From Nemertoderma westbladi (Eukaryota > Animalia > Xenacoelomorpha): a stretch of DNA of 64,000 bases. Position 1 is the stretch's first letter. The number at the start of each line of letters is the position of its first letter. Location of the stretch: positions 1-64,000 of the forward strand of contig JAUCBJ010002996.1 in assembly GCA_032718475.1 (NCBI GenBank), given 5' to 3'. The position numbers and the translations under genes are program-made. Below are positions 13,284 through 25,517 of this stretch, piece by piece. The notes below the pieces were generated by a model. That model searched no databases, was not told the DNA's origin, and saw nothing but the letters and a program-made list of their open reading frames with translations.

Positions 13284-16200
13284 TCAACAGTTTCCGGAGA
13301 GTCCACCATTCCCTTCCGGTAAACACAAACGACCGACTGGGTGATTGAGTCGCTGCATCCCGAATACAATTCCAGGTTTCCTCTTCGTCCTGGAATAGTG
13401 ATGATAGAAACATCGCTCTAAGTACACGACGGCCTTACAAAGCCGATTCCAGGAGCTATAGTGGTCCGTCGCTCCCTGCAGGAGAGGTGAGAGTCCCTGC
13501 GAGACGTCTGATGTTCCAGAGCTCCAATCGCTCTCTCTGATCTTCATGAAGGATCCACTCGCGGTGGGGAGGTCCAGATCCACGGCGTCGTCCCTGGCAA
13601 TATGTAATACCGACAGATCTATCCCGGGTTCAAATAACTCCGATCCACCCGTCCGGGTTTTAGGTTTGACTTTCTCCGCTCCCTTGGCTTGTCTAATCTC
13701 AGCCGGAGTAAGATGGGGAGGCCATTCATCCTCCTTACTCAGGAAGTCGGGTTCACCTAGCCGGTCTGGAGTATCTGTCAGTTCTTGAGGAGTTGCTCCT
13801 CTGGAAGCGATGTCGGCTATATTCATCGTCTTGGGGCAATATCTCCATTGATCTACATTGGAGCTAATATCGTCATTATCTGAGGAGTATGGTGTTCCCT
13901 CAGTTGGGTCGTCTCCCTCACTAGTATCATCTTCCCATTCACTCACCTGACAGACGCGATCTTGAAGCAGTCTTTCTCTGAGCGTTCTTCGGGAAGGTCC
14001 AGTAAGGTACCAACCTACTCTAGTTCTTACCGCATAGGTCTGAAGTGGTTGCGGTTGAGCAGGTCGTTTCTCCAATGTCTCCAGCGCCTCATGCGCGTTT
14101 TGACCGATTAATATTTGTACTCCAGGATAATCGGTGTCGAATCTAGGGATGTTAAGTTGTTGGGCATGATCATCTTCGTCCCAATTATAAGGTTCCACTT
14201 GGGTGGTAGCGAAGTTCTTTATTGCCACCATTTTGACTGACCTTATACTGTGTTCTCCTAGTTTATCCTGTGGAGTGGACAACTCACCTATATAATAGTC
14301 GGCAGCCACAGCAGATTTCCAAACCTGCATGATCCCTGACATGTTTAGCTTGGTTCGGAACTTGGGTTGTCCAGCAAAGATGTCTTCGGCTAGTTCTTTA
14401 TCGATGAATGTTCCTGTGCTGCCGGAGTCCAGGAGGGCGTTCACTATATAGCTCTTCTGAGGTCCGTGGACCCGTAACTGGACTACAGGAAATTCTCGGA
14501 TTCCTATATTGGAAGTTGGCGCTTTCCAAGATGGTTGTTGATCAGAAGTAGTTAAGGTAAGGTCGCTGTCTGTGTCTTTCTCATGCATGAGTGCTCGATA
14601 CACTGCGGTGGTGTTTATTAGGTAACAGGATTCGTTTTGGTCGGAGAATTCGTCCGTATAGAATCCTTCCATCTCAGAACTTTGGTCAGTGTCGTTCACA
14701 TCACTGAATTGGACATGTAGTTCGGACTCACTTACCTGACTCGAGCTGTTTCGTTCGAATTCAGTGTGCAACAAGATATGATGTTTTGCGCCGCACTTAG
14801 CACACCTTGCGTCGGAGTAACAGGTTCGCCGTTGGTGTCCTCGTCTGAGGCAATTATAACACAACCGCTTATCCCACATGACTTCACGTCTATCCTCGAG
14901 TGATTTCCTCAGGAATTCATCACACACATTCAAACGGTGGGGCCCGTCGCACAGCACACATTTCGGCTTGATGTTACTTACTTTAACCTTTGCTATGTGG
15001 TGCACACTTGTTCTTTCCTCGGGCTTTCTCACCTGAATTCTTTTAGGAGACGTAGGAGGGGTTTTTTGTACCGGTTCCCTTCTGTCATTGGGTCGAGACT
15101 TGGATTTACTTACCTGATCTTTAGGCATTTTATTGACATAATAAGATCTGTCAGTGTCTTTCCCGCTGTCCTCTCCTTGAGAAGTTTGGCTTTCACCGTC
15201 GTCGGTATAACATACTGGTGTTACCCTTCTCCTAGAAACGGGTTTCTCACTTACCTTACTTTCCGCTTTCTCTCTGGACTGCTTTATGAGCTGTAATTTC
15301 ACCTCGCTATCCAAGAATGACATGAGATCAGCCATGGTAGGGTCTCGTTGTTGTTGTTCCATCATATATAACACCTTCTTGTCCCAGCGTGTACCTACTC
15401 CACCCTTGGGCAAAGTAGATGCTAAGGCTCCTACAACCATAGAATTCTGGTATTCATGAGACTTACCTAACCAATCTAGTTGTCTACAGATCTCCTGAAT
15501 CTCATCGGAAAACTCTATAATCCCGCTGCTAAGAAACTTTCGGGGCGCCATTAATTTCGCATATAAATACCTAGCTATGTTAGTCCTATTACCATACCTG
15601 ATGTTTAGTGTATCCCAAACTTGTCTTAATCCATCTGGATGTCCAATAAATTTTAACGCCATTGACTTGGGAGGTCCTTCCAAACATTCGATGAGGAATC
15701 TAAGTTTCTCTCCATTAGATAGTACAGAGTTCTGTATGTTATCTTTGTAATATTCATTAAAAGGTAACCATTTCATCTCATCTCCATTGAACTTGACGAT
15801 CTCTCCAACCTTTACCGCTTGTCGGGCTTCGGTTCTAGTCATTTGGCGTGTAAAACTTTCTTGAGCCATCGTATTATTGAATAGAGAATTATCGGTATAT
15901 AAGTTTCTCGGATTATTATCAAGTCTAGATGAGATATCATTATCAACAGGTTTATAATTACCCTTAATAGGGTTTACTATAGGAGTTTCTACTTCGCTAG
16001 CAGTATAGATGCATGTAGGCTCCACACCTTGCGCATGGGATACTTCAGACCTAACGGGTTGACACATTGTTACAGGGGGTGGTGGTATACCCTTTTGTGT
16101 GCTCACTAATTTATCGCGTTCTAACGCGATACTTTGCTGCACCTTTTGCAACTCTAACCTACTTTCCCTTACTGTTCCCTTGAGCTGCTGGACAGTCTCT

Positions 16201-16856
16201 TCCATTTCCCGGACCTGCTGAGAGGAGCACAAACAGTGTTCCCTCAGCTGCTCGAGCAGGAGACCCATCTCCCGTCGTCCCTCAGCTACCCACTCAACCG
16301 CCGAAGCGGGAGTCGCCAACGTTGTAGCGGGCGAGCGAGAGACGACGGGCGATAAATTCTTAATATCTCGCTCGGCGTCCAGGATGGGTTCGGACTCGGG
16401 AACAGTCCTACTGGGCACAGGTAGTTTCGTGCTGTGCAAAGGGAATTTAGAGGTAGGTTCTGGGAGTACAGGTGTCTCTATCACCGCAGGGGTGGCTTTG
16501 AGAACAGGCCTAATTATTTCAGACTCATCTACTATAGTAGGGAGTCTTTCTACTGTAATAATTTGGTCTGTGGGTTCTGTACTACCTAAGTCTGTGCTAG
16601 CTAGTCTCACCGCAGGAGGCAAATTAGGTAACTTCGGACAGTGTGGCATTCTTCTACGCCTGCTTGAAAAAGATTTATTACCTCTACTTTCGGGATCTCT
16701 TATATCACCTTCATCGGAGGAGGCAAATAACTGTCTTCCAATTTGTCTCCTCAAGTCTGCTTCTGCCACTGCCTCTGCCGCTTTTCTTTCCGCTTCTGCC
16801 GCTGCTACTTTTCTTTCTTCTATCCTTTCAAGACACTGTCCAAGTCGAAGACTCAT
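13284..16856 (-). CDS. BEL/Pao Gag-protease polyprotein with RT/RNase H/integrase largely deleted
   Basis: Gag core (KFNGDEMKWLPF...LRFLIECLEGPPK), three BEL-type zinc knuckles (CVLCDGPHRLNVC, CYNCLRRGHQRRTC, CAKCGAKHHILLH), aspartic protease ALLDSGST, Pao RNase H tail QWRYCPKTMNIADIASRG, YSSWNRL motif, terminal PVGRLCLPE. First ATG at 16856 (track start 16871 is TTG). Confidence 0.9.
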   Translation of the reverse strand: MSLRLGQCLERIEERKVAAAEAERKAAEAVAEADLRRQIGRQLFASSDEGDIRDPESRGNKSFSSRRRRMPHCPKLPNLPPAVRLASTDLGSTEPTDQIITVERLPTIVDESEIIRPVLKATPAVIETPVLPEPTSKFPLHSTKLPVPSRTVPESEPILDAERDIKNLSPVVSRSPATTLATPASAVEWVAEGRREMGLLLEQLREHCLCSSQQVREMEETVQQLKGTVRESRLELQKVQQSIALERDKLVSTQKGIPPPPVTMCQPVRSEVSHAQGVEPTCIYTASEVETPIVNPIKGNYKPVDNDISSRLDNNPRNLYTDNSLFNNTMAQESFTRQMTRTEARQAVKVGEIVKFNGDEMKWLPFNEYYKDNIQNSVLSNGEKLRFLIECLEGPPKSMALKFIGHPDGLRQVWDTLNIRYGNRTNIARYLYAKLMAPRKFLSSGIIEFSDEIQEICRQLDWLGKSHEYQNSMVVGALASTLPKGGVGTRWDKKVLYMMEQQQRDPTMADLMSFLDSEVKLQLIKQSREKAESKVSEKPVSRRRVTPVCYTDDGESQTSQGEDSGKDTDRSYYVNKMPKDQVSKSKSRPNDRREPVQKTPPTSPKRIQVRKPEERTSVHHIAKVKVSNIKPKCVLCDGPHRLNVCDEFLRKSLEDRREVMWDKRLCYNCLRRGHQRRTCYSDARCAKCGAKHHILLHTEFERNSSSQVSESELHVQFSDVNDTDQSSEMEGFYTDEFSDQNESCYLINTTAVYRALMHEKDTDSDLTLTTSDQQPSWKAPTSNIGIREFPVVQLRVHGPQKSYIVNALLDSGSTGTFIDKELAEDIFAGQPKFRTKLNMSGIMQVWKSAVAADYYIGELSTPQDKLGEHSIRSVKMVAIKNFATTQVEPYNWDEDDHAQQLNIPRFDTDYPGVQILIGQNAHEALETLEKRPAQPQPLQTYAVRTRVGWYLTGPSRRTLRERLLQDRVCQVSEWEDDTSEGDDPTEGTPYSSDNDDISSNVDQWRYCPKTMNIADIASRGATPQELTDTPDRLGEPDFLSKEDEWPPHLTPAEIRQAKGAEKVKPKTRTGGSELFEPGIDLSVLHIARDDAVDLDLPTASGSFMKIRESDWSSGTSDVSQGLSPLLQGATDHYSSWNRLCKAVVYLERCFYHHYSRTKRKPGIVFGMQRLNHPVGRLCLPEGNGGLSGNC

Positions 16857-18239
16857 TCTAACACTTTTCAAAAAACTATCTGACAGTGCCCGTTTTGTGT
16901 CAGGTATGTTTGATTGTACAGTTGAATGCCTACTGCTATATTACAGTTAAAGCAAGTCTAGTAATTCAGTATCACTGTTAGCCTAGTAATTAATTACCGA
17001 TACTGCTACTCAGTGTAGCGTGATATATATATAATATATTAGAATACCGGTATGCTTATAGTATATATATAAGTATTATTACAGACTAGGTTTATCACAG
17101 AATATCGGTATATAATTTTAGCATAAATATATAAATATATAATAGGCCTATCGTGAATACCGGTATACAGCTTACAGTTTATAGTATATATAAGTATAAT
17201 TCTGGACTAGAATTAATTACAAAGTACCGGTATAATTTCAGCCTAAATTTATAGAAATAAAGATAATAGGCTTATCGTAAATACCGGTATATCAATTATT
17301 TTAAATAATTGAATTTCTGAATTTTAGGGTTACTTGGTTACTTTACTTACTTTATTACCGTTATTTGAGCAGTAGTCCAACTGATATTGAAACCTAATGG
17401 TTGTATGACAGGCCTACTATCTATAAATCGTTAGAGTTGATTTATAATATATATATACCCGTTTAATGGGTTTTGTCAGTATTTGAAATAAATGTTATTA
17501 TTTCTGGGAAGGAGTCACTACACAGAAGCTGTGCGCTCTCAGTGAAGTGCTACTTGTTAGACACTAAAACAAATAATTCTAATTTACCTAAGTTACTTAA
17601 TACTACAAATTACGTACAATTCGGGTGAGATTTCAATCTCTAAATAAACACAAAAATTTACAAAAAACACAAATACGAATTTTTAGGGTAATTTTACAAG
17701 AAGTCTACAAACCAGCCTAACAAAGGGTTAGAAATCTGGTTATTACAACGGACAGGGTACTACGGTATTTGAAAATAATAAGTAGTAGTGAATATATTAC
17801 GCTGTCCAGATAGGAAAATACCACCGTCTGACGACCTATAGCCGTATCGCTATAGGTACTACGTTATGTATCACGGAGTGTCCCTACCTAGAAGTTAATT
17901 ACCGCGGTCTACCAGAACCAACGTGCCTATTAACCACTTTACAACACAATACACTGCCTACACACTAATTACTTTCGGAAAGCACTGTACACTAAACCCT
18001 AAATTAGGTACGAGTACTTGTACAACAGATAATCAGTAGTTAAAAATACTTGAACAGCTAAAAGAACCACGGCATCTGCTGGAGTGACCGGTGCACAAAA
18101 TCACCAGTCTTTACCTACGCCAAGCAGCCCGTGTAGTACCGGGGTTAATTTAACTATAGCGGTATATATAACAAGCACAATTACTGTAGGAATAAACTTG
18201 GGGAATGAATGTTGCGAATAATAGCATAAACTCTGAATA

Positions 18240-18810
18240 ATAAATATTACGCTACGCGTACAAACTACTCAAACAAAATGCAGACCAAACACTGACAGAC
18301 TACTATCAAGCCTAAACAAACTACGGTATGTGCAGACTCCGAAACGGTTAGTTAGTATGCGCGCTAACCGAGTAGTACGCCTTATTCTTTAAGAGGGGGT
18401 TTACCTCACAGCACTGGAAGCCCCTACTTACTAACTGGCACTTTATCGGACATGCACTCTACACACAACGCAATCCCTCAGACCTAATAACAGCTAGGCA
18501 ACAATTCAGCCTACAGATTATCAAAATAAGAATATTACGCTACCCGTACAGACTACACAAACAAAGTACAGACCAAACGCTGTCAGCCTACTATCAAGCC
18601 TAAATAAACCACAGTACATGCAGACTCCAAAATGGTTAGTTAGTATGCGCGCTAACCGAGTAGTACGACTTATTCTTTAAGAGGGGGTTTACCTCACAGC
18701 ACTGGAAGCCCCTACTTACTAACTGGCACTTTATTGGACATACACTCTACACACACTACAGTCCTTCAGACTTAACAACAGTCAGACAACAGCTCAGCCT
18801 ACAAATTCTC
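18240..18810. repeat. ~288-bp tandem duplication in retroelement leader
   Basis: GGTTAGTTAGTATGCGCGCTAACCGAGTAGTACG at ~18346 and ~18633. Confidence 0.85.
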
Positions 18811-19149
18811 TATACAATCTGAACAGGCTTACACGCCTTCTGCTCAATATTGGCCTACAAACAAATAAAACTGACAGAAATAAGTAAACCATACAAAGGA
18901 ATAAGGGGTGATCAATCCCTAATCCCTTAGCAGCCTACAATATACAATATATCACAATCGAAATAATACTGCTGTACCTGTACTGCAGTAAGTACCGGTA
19001 CGGGTGATCAGGCAGTCAGGCCTACTGGTTAACGGTCGACCGGTACTTTAGCTTTATTGCCTACCGCAATACAGAAGCAATATCTGCTATTGTTCTTTAC
19101 CAGAACAATATTAAACTGCATTTAGTGCCTACACTGCAATACAGACTAA

Positions 19150-19160
19150 ATATCCGTTAT
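19150..19160 (-). other. PBS position: ATAACGGATAT, complementary to LTR sequence at 19934-19944
   Basis: No TGG-initiated tRNA PBS after the 5' LTR; perfect 11-nt complement inside the LTR. Confidence 0.5.
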
Positions 19161-20407
19161 TGTTCGCGCTTTCAGACCTTTGGCAGTTTAACCCGCCAAA
19201 TTAGGATGTCTTCTAGATAATAAATCGCTTTTAGCCTCTGACAAGTATTTGATTCACTACACTAGTCGAAACCAATCTGTGCGCGATCATTCACCCGCTG
19301 GATATACCCGGGAGATTGGGTTCGACGGCTTAATCGTATTGCTATGTAAGCCTACTGTATTATTCGACTGATCGTGTTATATAATCTCTGACAATATTAT
19401 TCACCTTCGGGGAATATTAGCAGTTCCTTTAGGACGTGGCGCTCTATCTATATAAACAGAGTTATGACTTAAACTACTCACAACGATATGGCTTAGTTAT
19501 AATTCACATATATGGCGCATTCTTTAGGAAATGCTTCGTTATCAGTCTCACTCATACACAATGCTGCACAATACTGCACACTAATCTGCCGATCTTCACT
19601 GATTTTAGTCACATATAAAAGGAACACAGACCGACTCATGTAGGGTCTATCAAATAACATTAGATTCACTTCAAACAACTTTAACATAAGTCGCAATCGT
19701 TATATGTAACCTGTCTCTCTTACCTTCGGTATATCAAGAATATTGGGGTTTCGGGGTTATTTCTCGTTATTCCAATATAATATTTCATCAACCATATAAT
19801 GAATAACCGACAGTAAATAGCAGTATAACGTTATAAAAGTATGCACGACAAGACCAGCCAAGCATTGAGTAAGTTGTTAACCATTGAGTTACCCAGTTGA
19901 GTTAGGTTAGTAGGTAAGTATTGAGTTGCACAGATAACGGATATATGTCCTTATAATTAAGCCTACTAGTGTTAGGCTAAAAGCAGAACAGCACAAAATA
20001 TTCCAAAGCCGTTCTTCCTGGCTCAGGACAGAATGATAACACTGCCCATAATGCATTGCGTGATTTCTCGGAAATTTCTGTACAAGAGCAGTAAAAACGC
20101 TCTGATTGGTTGACTGAACTAAGAGACACCGTAGAACAAAGAAAATCGACACGTATGAATATCAGCTGTTAACCGTCGTCATAGTAACTACTGTTCAAGA
20201 GTATCTAGCCCCTTTTGCGTCACGGAATTGCCATAGAATCATGAACTATGCCTTCCACAGTACACATACGGAAGAAATAGCTCTTAGATCCTCTAAAAAC
20301 ACCGATACAGCAATAATACGGCCTCTTACGCCTATTAAACCAACTACAGAGTATTTTACGGGAAAAATAAGGAAAAATAACCGGGCAATTCAGCAAAAGC
20401 TTTTACA
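19161..20407 (-). repeat. 5' LTR
   Basis: Direct repeat of 8915-10161; followed by TSD CTATT. Confidence 0.96.
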
Positions 20408-20741
20408 CTATTAAAGAGGTGACAAGCCAAAGGATGTGTGGACGCGCTTTAGGCTGTCATCTACTAGCCAGCCGGTTGAGAAAGGTCGGTCGTGTCGCTC
20501 GGCTTATAGCGATCGGACTTGCCTAGGTCGGGAGCCGCAAGACGAATAGCATATAGTCGTGGAATCGTGCCCCAAGTTATTCCTAATTCGCCAGCAATTT
20601 CCTGGAATTTCAGCCTCGGTGACTTAACTGACACTACCGACACCGAGGCTATAAGTTTTATTTCAGAGTTCAATTAATAACCTCGATTAGAATTAATGTG
20701 GTGGCGGAAATTATTAGGTGTTTATATTTTCAAGTATAAAT

Positions 20742-22815
20742 ACATACTTAAATCTATCGTAAATATTTTAATATTTACCTTACTTCATTGTCTCGTACTT
20801 AAATTTACCGTAAATATTTACCTTACTTCATACTTAAATCTCCTCTAATATTTACCTTACTTCATACTTAAATCTACCGTAAATATTTTAATATTTACCT
20901 TACTTCATTGTCTCGTACTTAAATTTACCGTAAATATTTACCTTACTTCATACTTAAATCTACCGTAAATATTTTAATATTTACCTTACTTCATTGTCTC
21001 GTACTTAAATCTACCGTAAATATTTACCTTACTTCATACTTAAATCTACCGTAAATATTTACCTTACTTCATACTTAAATCTACCGTAAATATTTTAATA
21101 TTTACCTTACTTCATTGTCTCGTACTTAAATTTACCGTAAATATTTACCTTACTTCATACTTAAATCTACCGTAAATATTTTAATATTTACCTTACTTCA
21201 TTGTCTCGTACTTAAATTTACCGTAAATATTTACCTTACTTCATACTTAAATCTACCGTAAATATTTTAATATTTACCTTACTTCATTGTCTCGTACTTA
21301 AATTTACCGTAAATATTTACCTTACTTCATACTTAAATCTACCGTAAATATTTTAATATTTGCCTTACTTCATTGTCTCGTACTTAAATCTACCGTAAAT
21401 ATTTACCTTACTTCATACTTAAATCTACCGTAAATATTTACCTTACTTCATACTTAAATCTACCGTAAATATTTACCTTACTTCATACTTAAATCTACCG
21501 TAAATATTTACCTTACTTCATACTTAAATCTACCGTAAATATTTACCTTACTTCATACTTAAATCTACCGTAAATATTTACCTTACTTCATACTTAAATT
21601 TACCGTAAATATTTACCTTACTTCATACTTAAATCTACCGTAAATATTCACATTACTTCATACTTAAATCTACCGTAAATATTTACCTTACTTCATACTT
21701 AAATCTACCGTAAATATTTTAATATTTACCTTACTTCATTGTCTCGTACTTAAATCTACCGCAAATATTTACCTTACTTCATACTTAAATCTACCGTAAA
21801 TATTTACCTTACTTCATACTTAAATTTACCGTAAATATTTACCTTACTTCATACTTAAATCTACCGTAAATATTCACATTACTTCATACTTAAATTTACC
21901 GTAAATATTTACCTTACTTCATACTTAAATCTACCGTAAATATTTTAATATTTACCTTACTTCATTGTCTCGTACTTAAATCTACCGTAAATATTTACCT
22001 TACTTCATACTTAAATCTACCGTAAATATTTACCTTACTTCATACTTAAATTTACCGTAAATATTTACCTTACTTCATACTTAAATTTACCGTAAATATT
22101 TACCTTACTTCATACTTAAATCTACCGTAAATATTTACCTTACTTCATACTTAAATCTACTGTAAATATTTACCTTACTTCATACTTAAATTTACTGTAA
22201 ATATTTACCTTACTTCATACTTAAATCTACCGTAAATATTCACATTACTTCATACTTAAATCTACCGTAAATATTTACCTTACTTCATACTTAAATTTAC
22301 CGTAAATATTTACCTTACTTCATACTTAAATTTACCGTAAATACTGTATTTACCTTACTTCATACTTAAATCTACTGTAAATATTTACCTTACTTCATAC
22401 TTAAATCTACCGTAAATATTCACATTACTTCATACTTAAATCTACCGTAAATATTTACCTTACTTCATACTTAAATCTACCGTAAATATTAACCTTACTT
22501 CATACTTAAATCTACCGTAAATATTTACCTTACTTCATACTTAAATCTACCGTAAATATTAACCTTACTTCATACTTAAATCTACCGTAAATATTTACCT
22601 TACTTCATACTTAAATCTACCGTAAATATTTACCTTACTTCATACTTAAATCTACTGTAAATATTTACCTTACTTCATACTTAAATTTACTGTAAATATT
22701 TACCTTACTTCATACTTAAATCTACCGTAAATATTTACCTTACTTCATACTTAAATCTACCGTAAATATTTACCTTACTTCATACTTAAATCTACCGTAA
22801 ATATTTACCTTACTT
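20742..22815. repeat. 35-bp minisatellite with 51-bp variant units
   Basis: Unit AAATCTACCGTAAATATTTACCTTACTTCATACTT, more than 50 units; the long variant adds two 8-bp segments. Confidence 0.97.
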
Positions 22816-23079
22816 GGTTGTTTATCTACGACGATTGATAGTCGTTATGGCGGTTCTTTTGCTTGTTATAATTTTGTTTTGTTTTGACTGTCAATAACTA
22901 TCTAACTAGGCCTAGGCCGATTATACCGATATACCTATTTTTTAACTTTTCGTGTATTCGTTGATTGACGCTGTACTCTGTAGACTATCTCACATGCAAT
23001 CCCGACACCAATTCACTGCTATCTTGCAAATATTTCTAAATCTAATTGAATTGCCCGGACGGGGGAAGGGTTTATGTTT

Positions 23080-23197
23080 AACACTTCGAATTAGTCAACA
23101 CTTCGAAATAGTCAACACTTCGAAATAGTCAACACTTCGAAATAGTCAACACTTCGAAATAGTCAACACTTCGAAAGAACATGTCAACACTTCGAAA
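23080..23197. repeat. 17-bp tandem repeat
   Basis: (AACACTTCGAAATAGTC) about 6 copies. Confidence 0.9.
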
Positions 23198-24212
23198 AGG
23201 AAAAATTATAATGTAAATAGAATGATAGTATATTTTACATTCCTCTGTTTGTGAGTGTCGTCATTATTGGTTAGGTTAGAGAGCATGACAGTGGATATGA
23301 ACAAAGTTGAGACTATCCATTGGAAAACTATGAATTCTTAGAAATTATTAAAAAATCTACCTACAGGTCTGTAGGTCTGTAGTACGCCGGAAACAGTGCC
23401 GTGGAAAGTCACTGAGCTAATGAAATCAACGCCCAAACATTGGGAATCCCAGTATAATATATCCTGGCATAGTGGCTCATTAAACATATATCTCACTGGT
23501 TTTAATTTGATACTTCACAGATCATTGTGTTAAAGTTTCAGAATAGTAGCTTTATAAATAAAACAAATAGAGTTGGGGTAATGGTCCCATTAATATATTA
23601 AAAAGTAAAGCTTGAGAAATTCTACCAAAACCATGACACTTTTTATAGCAAAGGTTTTATAGGTATAATATGCCGTTTAGTAATGTTGCTATCCTTGATG
23701 AAAACTATTTTTGCAAGGTACTTATTATTAAAGTACTTAGTACTTATTTGCAAGCAGTCAGTCATCCAACGAAAATACTTTATATTTCCTTCGCAACATT
23801 TTCACAATTTCAGTTGTTTTTAGCAGCTGTTTCTTTTGAAAGGGTTTGCGGAAAAATATCAATTTTCGGGCCATTTTTGGAGATTAATAAAATGTGCCTT
23901 AGGGCCACCAGAGGCGTAATCCGGCACTGAACCAAGCAGGACCATGAAGATATATTATTCTTCAGAGCACTCATTAAAAAATTATAAATTGTCTATAAAG
24001 GCGACTGGCAACTTGGGATCTCGGGCCATAAAAACGTGTACAATCACTGTCTGATACATCAAGTCCTACACGAACTTACAGTGACTGCGTCTCTTTCAAC
24101 CAATTCGTCCGAGTCCCGATTGTTTTCTCAAAGGCACCCAACAGCTAAAAGAGCTGCCAGGATTAGAGATGTTAACAGAAATAGAGACGACCTTTAACAT
24201 TGTAGAGTTACA

Positions 24213-24352
24213 GTTTGTTCAGAAGTGGAAAAAATAAGAAAGCGCGTCACCGGGGGTTGAATCCCCGGTATTCCGGTAGGCCGAAACGTACGTATAGCGC
24301 TGGTTCAACCCTCGGTGACGCGCTTTCTCATTTTTTGCACTTCTGAACAAAC
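24213..24352. mobile_element. Hairpin MITE-like element
   Basis: ~50-bp imperfect inverted repeats GTTTGTTCAGAAGTG...AAAGCGCGTCACCG / CGGTGACGCGCTTT...CACTTCTGAACAAAC. Confidence 0.75.
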
Positions 24353-25517
24353 CCATAATATTACACCTTTAATTACAGTTAAAACAGCTCATCTCCAATT
24401 TCTAGAGTTACAGTAAACGATTTACTCTTCACGAAGGAAAATACAAACTTCTCTGTGATTGAATTTAACTACGTAAATAAACACTACCTATACAGTACTG
24501 TATATATTTATACAAAATAATACATGTGCATTAATGTATGTGTACACGTGGCAACTTTTTTGTTCGACAACCTGAGTTTTTCACCAAGTTGCTAAGTAAG
24601 TTACCACGTACCGGCCTTTAGTAACGGGTATTACATCATAGTGGATGCAAAGTAGCGCTATGTTAATAAAAGGAACAGGTTTAATATGAATAATATAATT
24701 GGTGTTTATGAAAAAAAATAAACGAGACTGGATAGGACAACACGTACTTTCCTACTATAAAATGTGCCAGCCGTCACACAATCCACGGATGGTGACTTCG
24801 GCGTACCGGTACAAGAAAGTGGAATCAATATATATGAATAAATATAGTTGAAATACCTACTTCATGTAGTCATGCTGTAGACTTCACAATGTAGGGCAAG
24901 GCAATATATGAAGAGAAGTGATCGGTGACAAAACAACGGAGGCAACCTACAGGATCCTCTCTCTTGGCTGTTACCTATAAGGGAGAGCTTTGCATAGGCA
25001 CTAATGTATAAATGCTTGGGACACAACAATCAGAAGCGAAATTTCAACAGCCTTTAGTCGGATTCGAACCCACGCCGCCAAACACTAATTTGAAAGCAGC
25101 TCGGCCAGGGGCGGATCCAGGAATTTAATTTCTATGGTGTGCACAATTTGTGAAGTTTATCTTTTGGTCTAAGGGCGATGCCCCAGCGGTTTCTGGGGGG
25201 CAGAACCCGCCCTCCTGTAGCCCTGGTGGGGGTAACTGGGACGAATTTTTATTTAGATTTTAATATAAAAAAATTTCATGCAAAAATAATAAAATGTTTC
25301 AATCGATTATCTGACATTTTCCATTGATTATTGATAATTTTCGATAACTAAAAATATATTTTTTTAATTTTAAAATATTTATTTTACTCATTGAACATTT
25401 AAAGGATTGGCAGTTATTAATTCTAGGAGATGAAATAATAATAATTTCTTTAAGTCATGGTCCTATATATTAAATATATATTAAATAATAATTAGTAACT
25501 AATTACTACAACTAATA

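Larger units (their letters stand above)
8915..20407 (-). mobile_element. Complete non-autonomous BEL/Pao LTR retrotransposon
   Basis: Two 1247-bp TG...CA LTRs (8915-10161, 19161-20407); 5-bp TSD CTATT (8910-8914, 20408-20412); PPT-like GGGAGCGG before the 3' LTR; Pao-type gag-protease ORF. Confidence 0.96.

Noticed and set aside
18340-18380. tRNA-like TCGGTTAGCGCGC in the retroelement leader (minus strand)
   Set aside because: No B box or cloverleaf; explained by the local hairpin.
24265-24300. GGCCGAAACGTACGTA as a hammerhead half
   Set aside because: No CTGANGA box upstream.
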